Assembly (NCBI GenBank): GCA_977017645.1
Contig: OZ360247.1
Location: forward strand, 34,162,001 to 34,226,000
Reading direction: 5' to 3'
Length of the DNA stretch: 64,000 nt
DNA from: Torpedo marmorata
Taxonomy: Eukaryota
Both the position numbers and the translations under genes were made by a program. Under the pieces are notes generated by a model. It was not told the DNA's origin and searched no databases. It saw nothing but the letters and a program-made list of their open reading frames with translations. Below are positions 63,028 to 64,000 of this stretch, piece by piece (positions within the stretch are counted from its first letter, which is position 1; each line of letters starts with the position of its first letter).

Positions 63028-63678
63028 TGGAGAATGAGAATGAGAATCAGAATTTATTGTCATGAACAAGTCACGAAATTCGGTGTTTTGCGGCAGCATC
63101 TTAGTGCAAACATTCATATTATGAACCATCTTACAACAATAATATAAAAAATAAAAATAGTAGTGCACGAAACGTAAGGCAGTGTCTTTGGTTCATTGAT
63201 TATTCAGGAATCTGATGGCAGCGGGGAAGAAGCTGTCCTTGTGCTGCTGAGTGCTCCTCTTTAGGCTCCTGTACCTTTTTCCCGATGGTAGCAGAGTGAA
63301 GAGGGCATGGCCTGGGTGGTGCGGGTTTTAGATGATAGAGGCTGCTTTTTTAAGACACCGTCTCATGTAGATGTCCTCGATGGAGTGAAGTCTGGTGCCT
63401 ATGATGTTGCAGGCCGAGTTAACAACCCTCTGGAGTTTTTTCTTGTCCTGAGATTTGGCGCCTCCATACCAGACAGTGATGCAACCAGCTAGAATGCTCT
63501 CCACGGTACACCTGTAGAAGTTTTCGAGAGTCTTCAGTGACATAACGAATCTCCTCGAGCACCTCACAAAGTATAGTTGCTGGCGGGATTTCTTCGTGAT
63601 TGCATCAACATGGAGGCTCCAGGACAGATCCTTGGAGATGTTGACACCCAGGAATTTGAAGATCTTGACCCTCTCCAC
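63028..63678 (-). mobile_element. Rex1/Babar-type LINE 3' fragment
   Basis: VERVKIFKFLGVNISKDLSWS...FYRCTVESILAGCITVWYG; closely related to 35253-35837. Confidence 0.9.
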
Positions 63679-63686
63679 AACTGTGC

Positions 63687-64000
63687 TGTTACAAATTCAA
63701 ACCAGCAACGACAGAAGATGCAATGCAAAAGGGGTAAAATTGAAATTTATTAAAGTCAATTAAACATATAATTTCACAACAATTAACCCCACTATAAACA
63801 TCTATAAACACTATTCTTATCTAAAGAGTGTGTGTGTGTGTGTGTGTGTGTGTAAAGCCCAGACCATTATAGTCTGTGCCCAACCCTCATGTAAAAATGG
63901 AAAACCTTCCCCAAAACCCCCAGGTCAGTCATAAAAATAAGTCAGTCCCAAAAATACAGTCCACAAAAATTCACTCTCTATGTTCAGGGTCCAAATTCAG
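63687..64000 (-). mobile_element. Possible LTR end (inverted) containing a (TG)n microsatellite
   Basis: Begins TGTTACA, with AATAAA on the minus strand about 60 bp inside; the other end is outside the window. Confidence 0.3.

Overview
Vertebrate genomic DNA, almost certainly from a cartilaginous fish: it has HE1/V-SINE-type SINEs, HER1/CR1, Rex1, L1 and Penelope repeats, and a slowly evolving Dlx4. Bases 1 to about 27 kb hold the convergently transcribed Dlx3 (+, exons 2-3; exon 1 is outside the window) and Dlx4 (-, three coding exons, 248 aa) bigene cluster, in a CpG-rich, almost transposon-free domain. The rest is repeat-dense, with no recognisable host protein gene and two assembly gaps. 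Four observations stand out. (1) A 75-bp intergenic block at 10286-10360 closely resembles the core of the Dlx5/6 forebrain enhancer I56i as I recall it, so it may be a retained paralogous enhancer. (2) An intron-less 82-nt copy at 55339-55420 joins, precisely at GT-AG boundaries, two segments separated by a 229-nt intron about 1.2 kb upstream. This suggests spliced RNA was written back into its own unannotated locus. (3) Penelope-derived palindromic inserts with hammerhead-like cores occur in the Dlx3 3'UTR and Dlx4 intron 2. (4) There is a composite hAT MITE. No alignments or database searches could be run; family assignments come from motif recognition.
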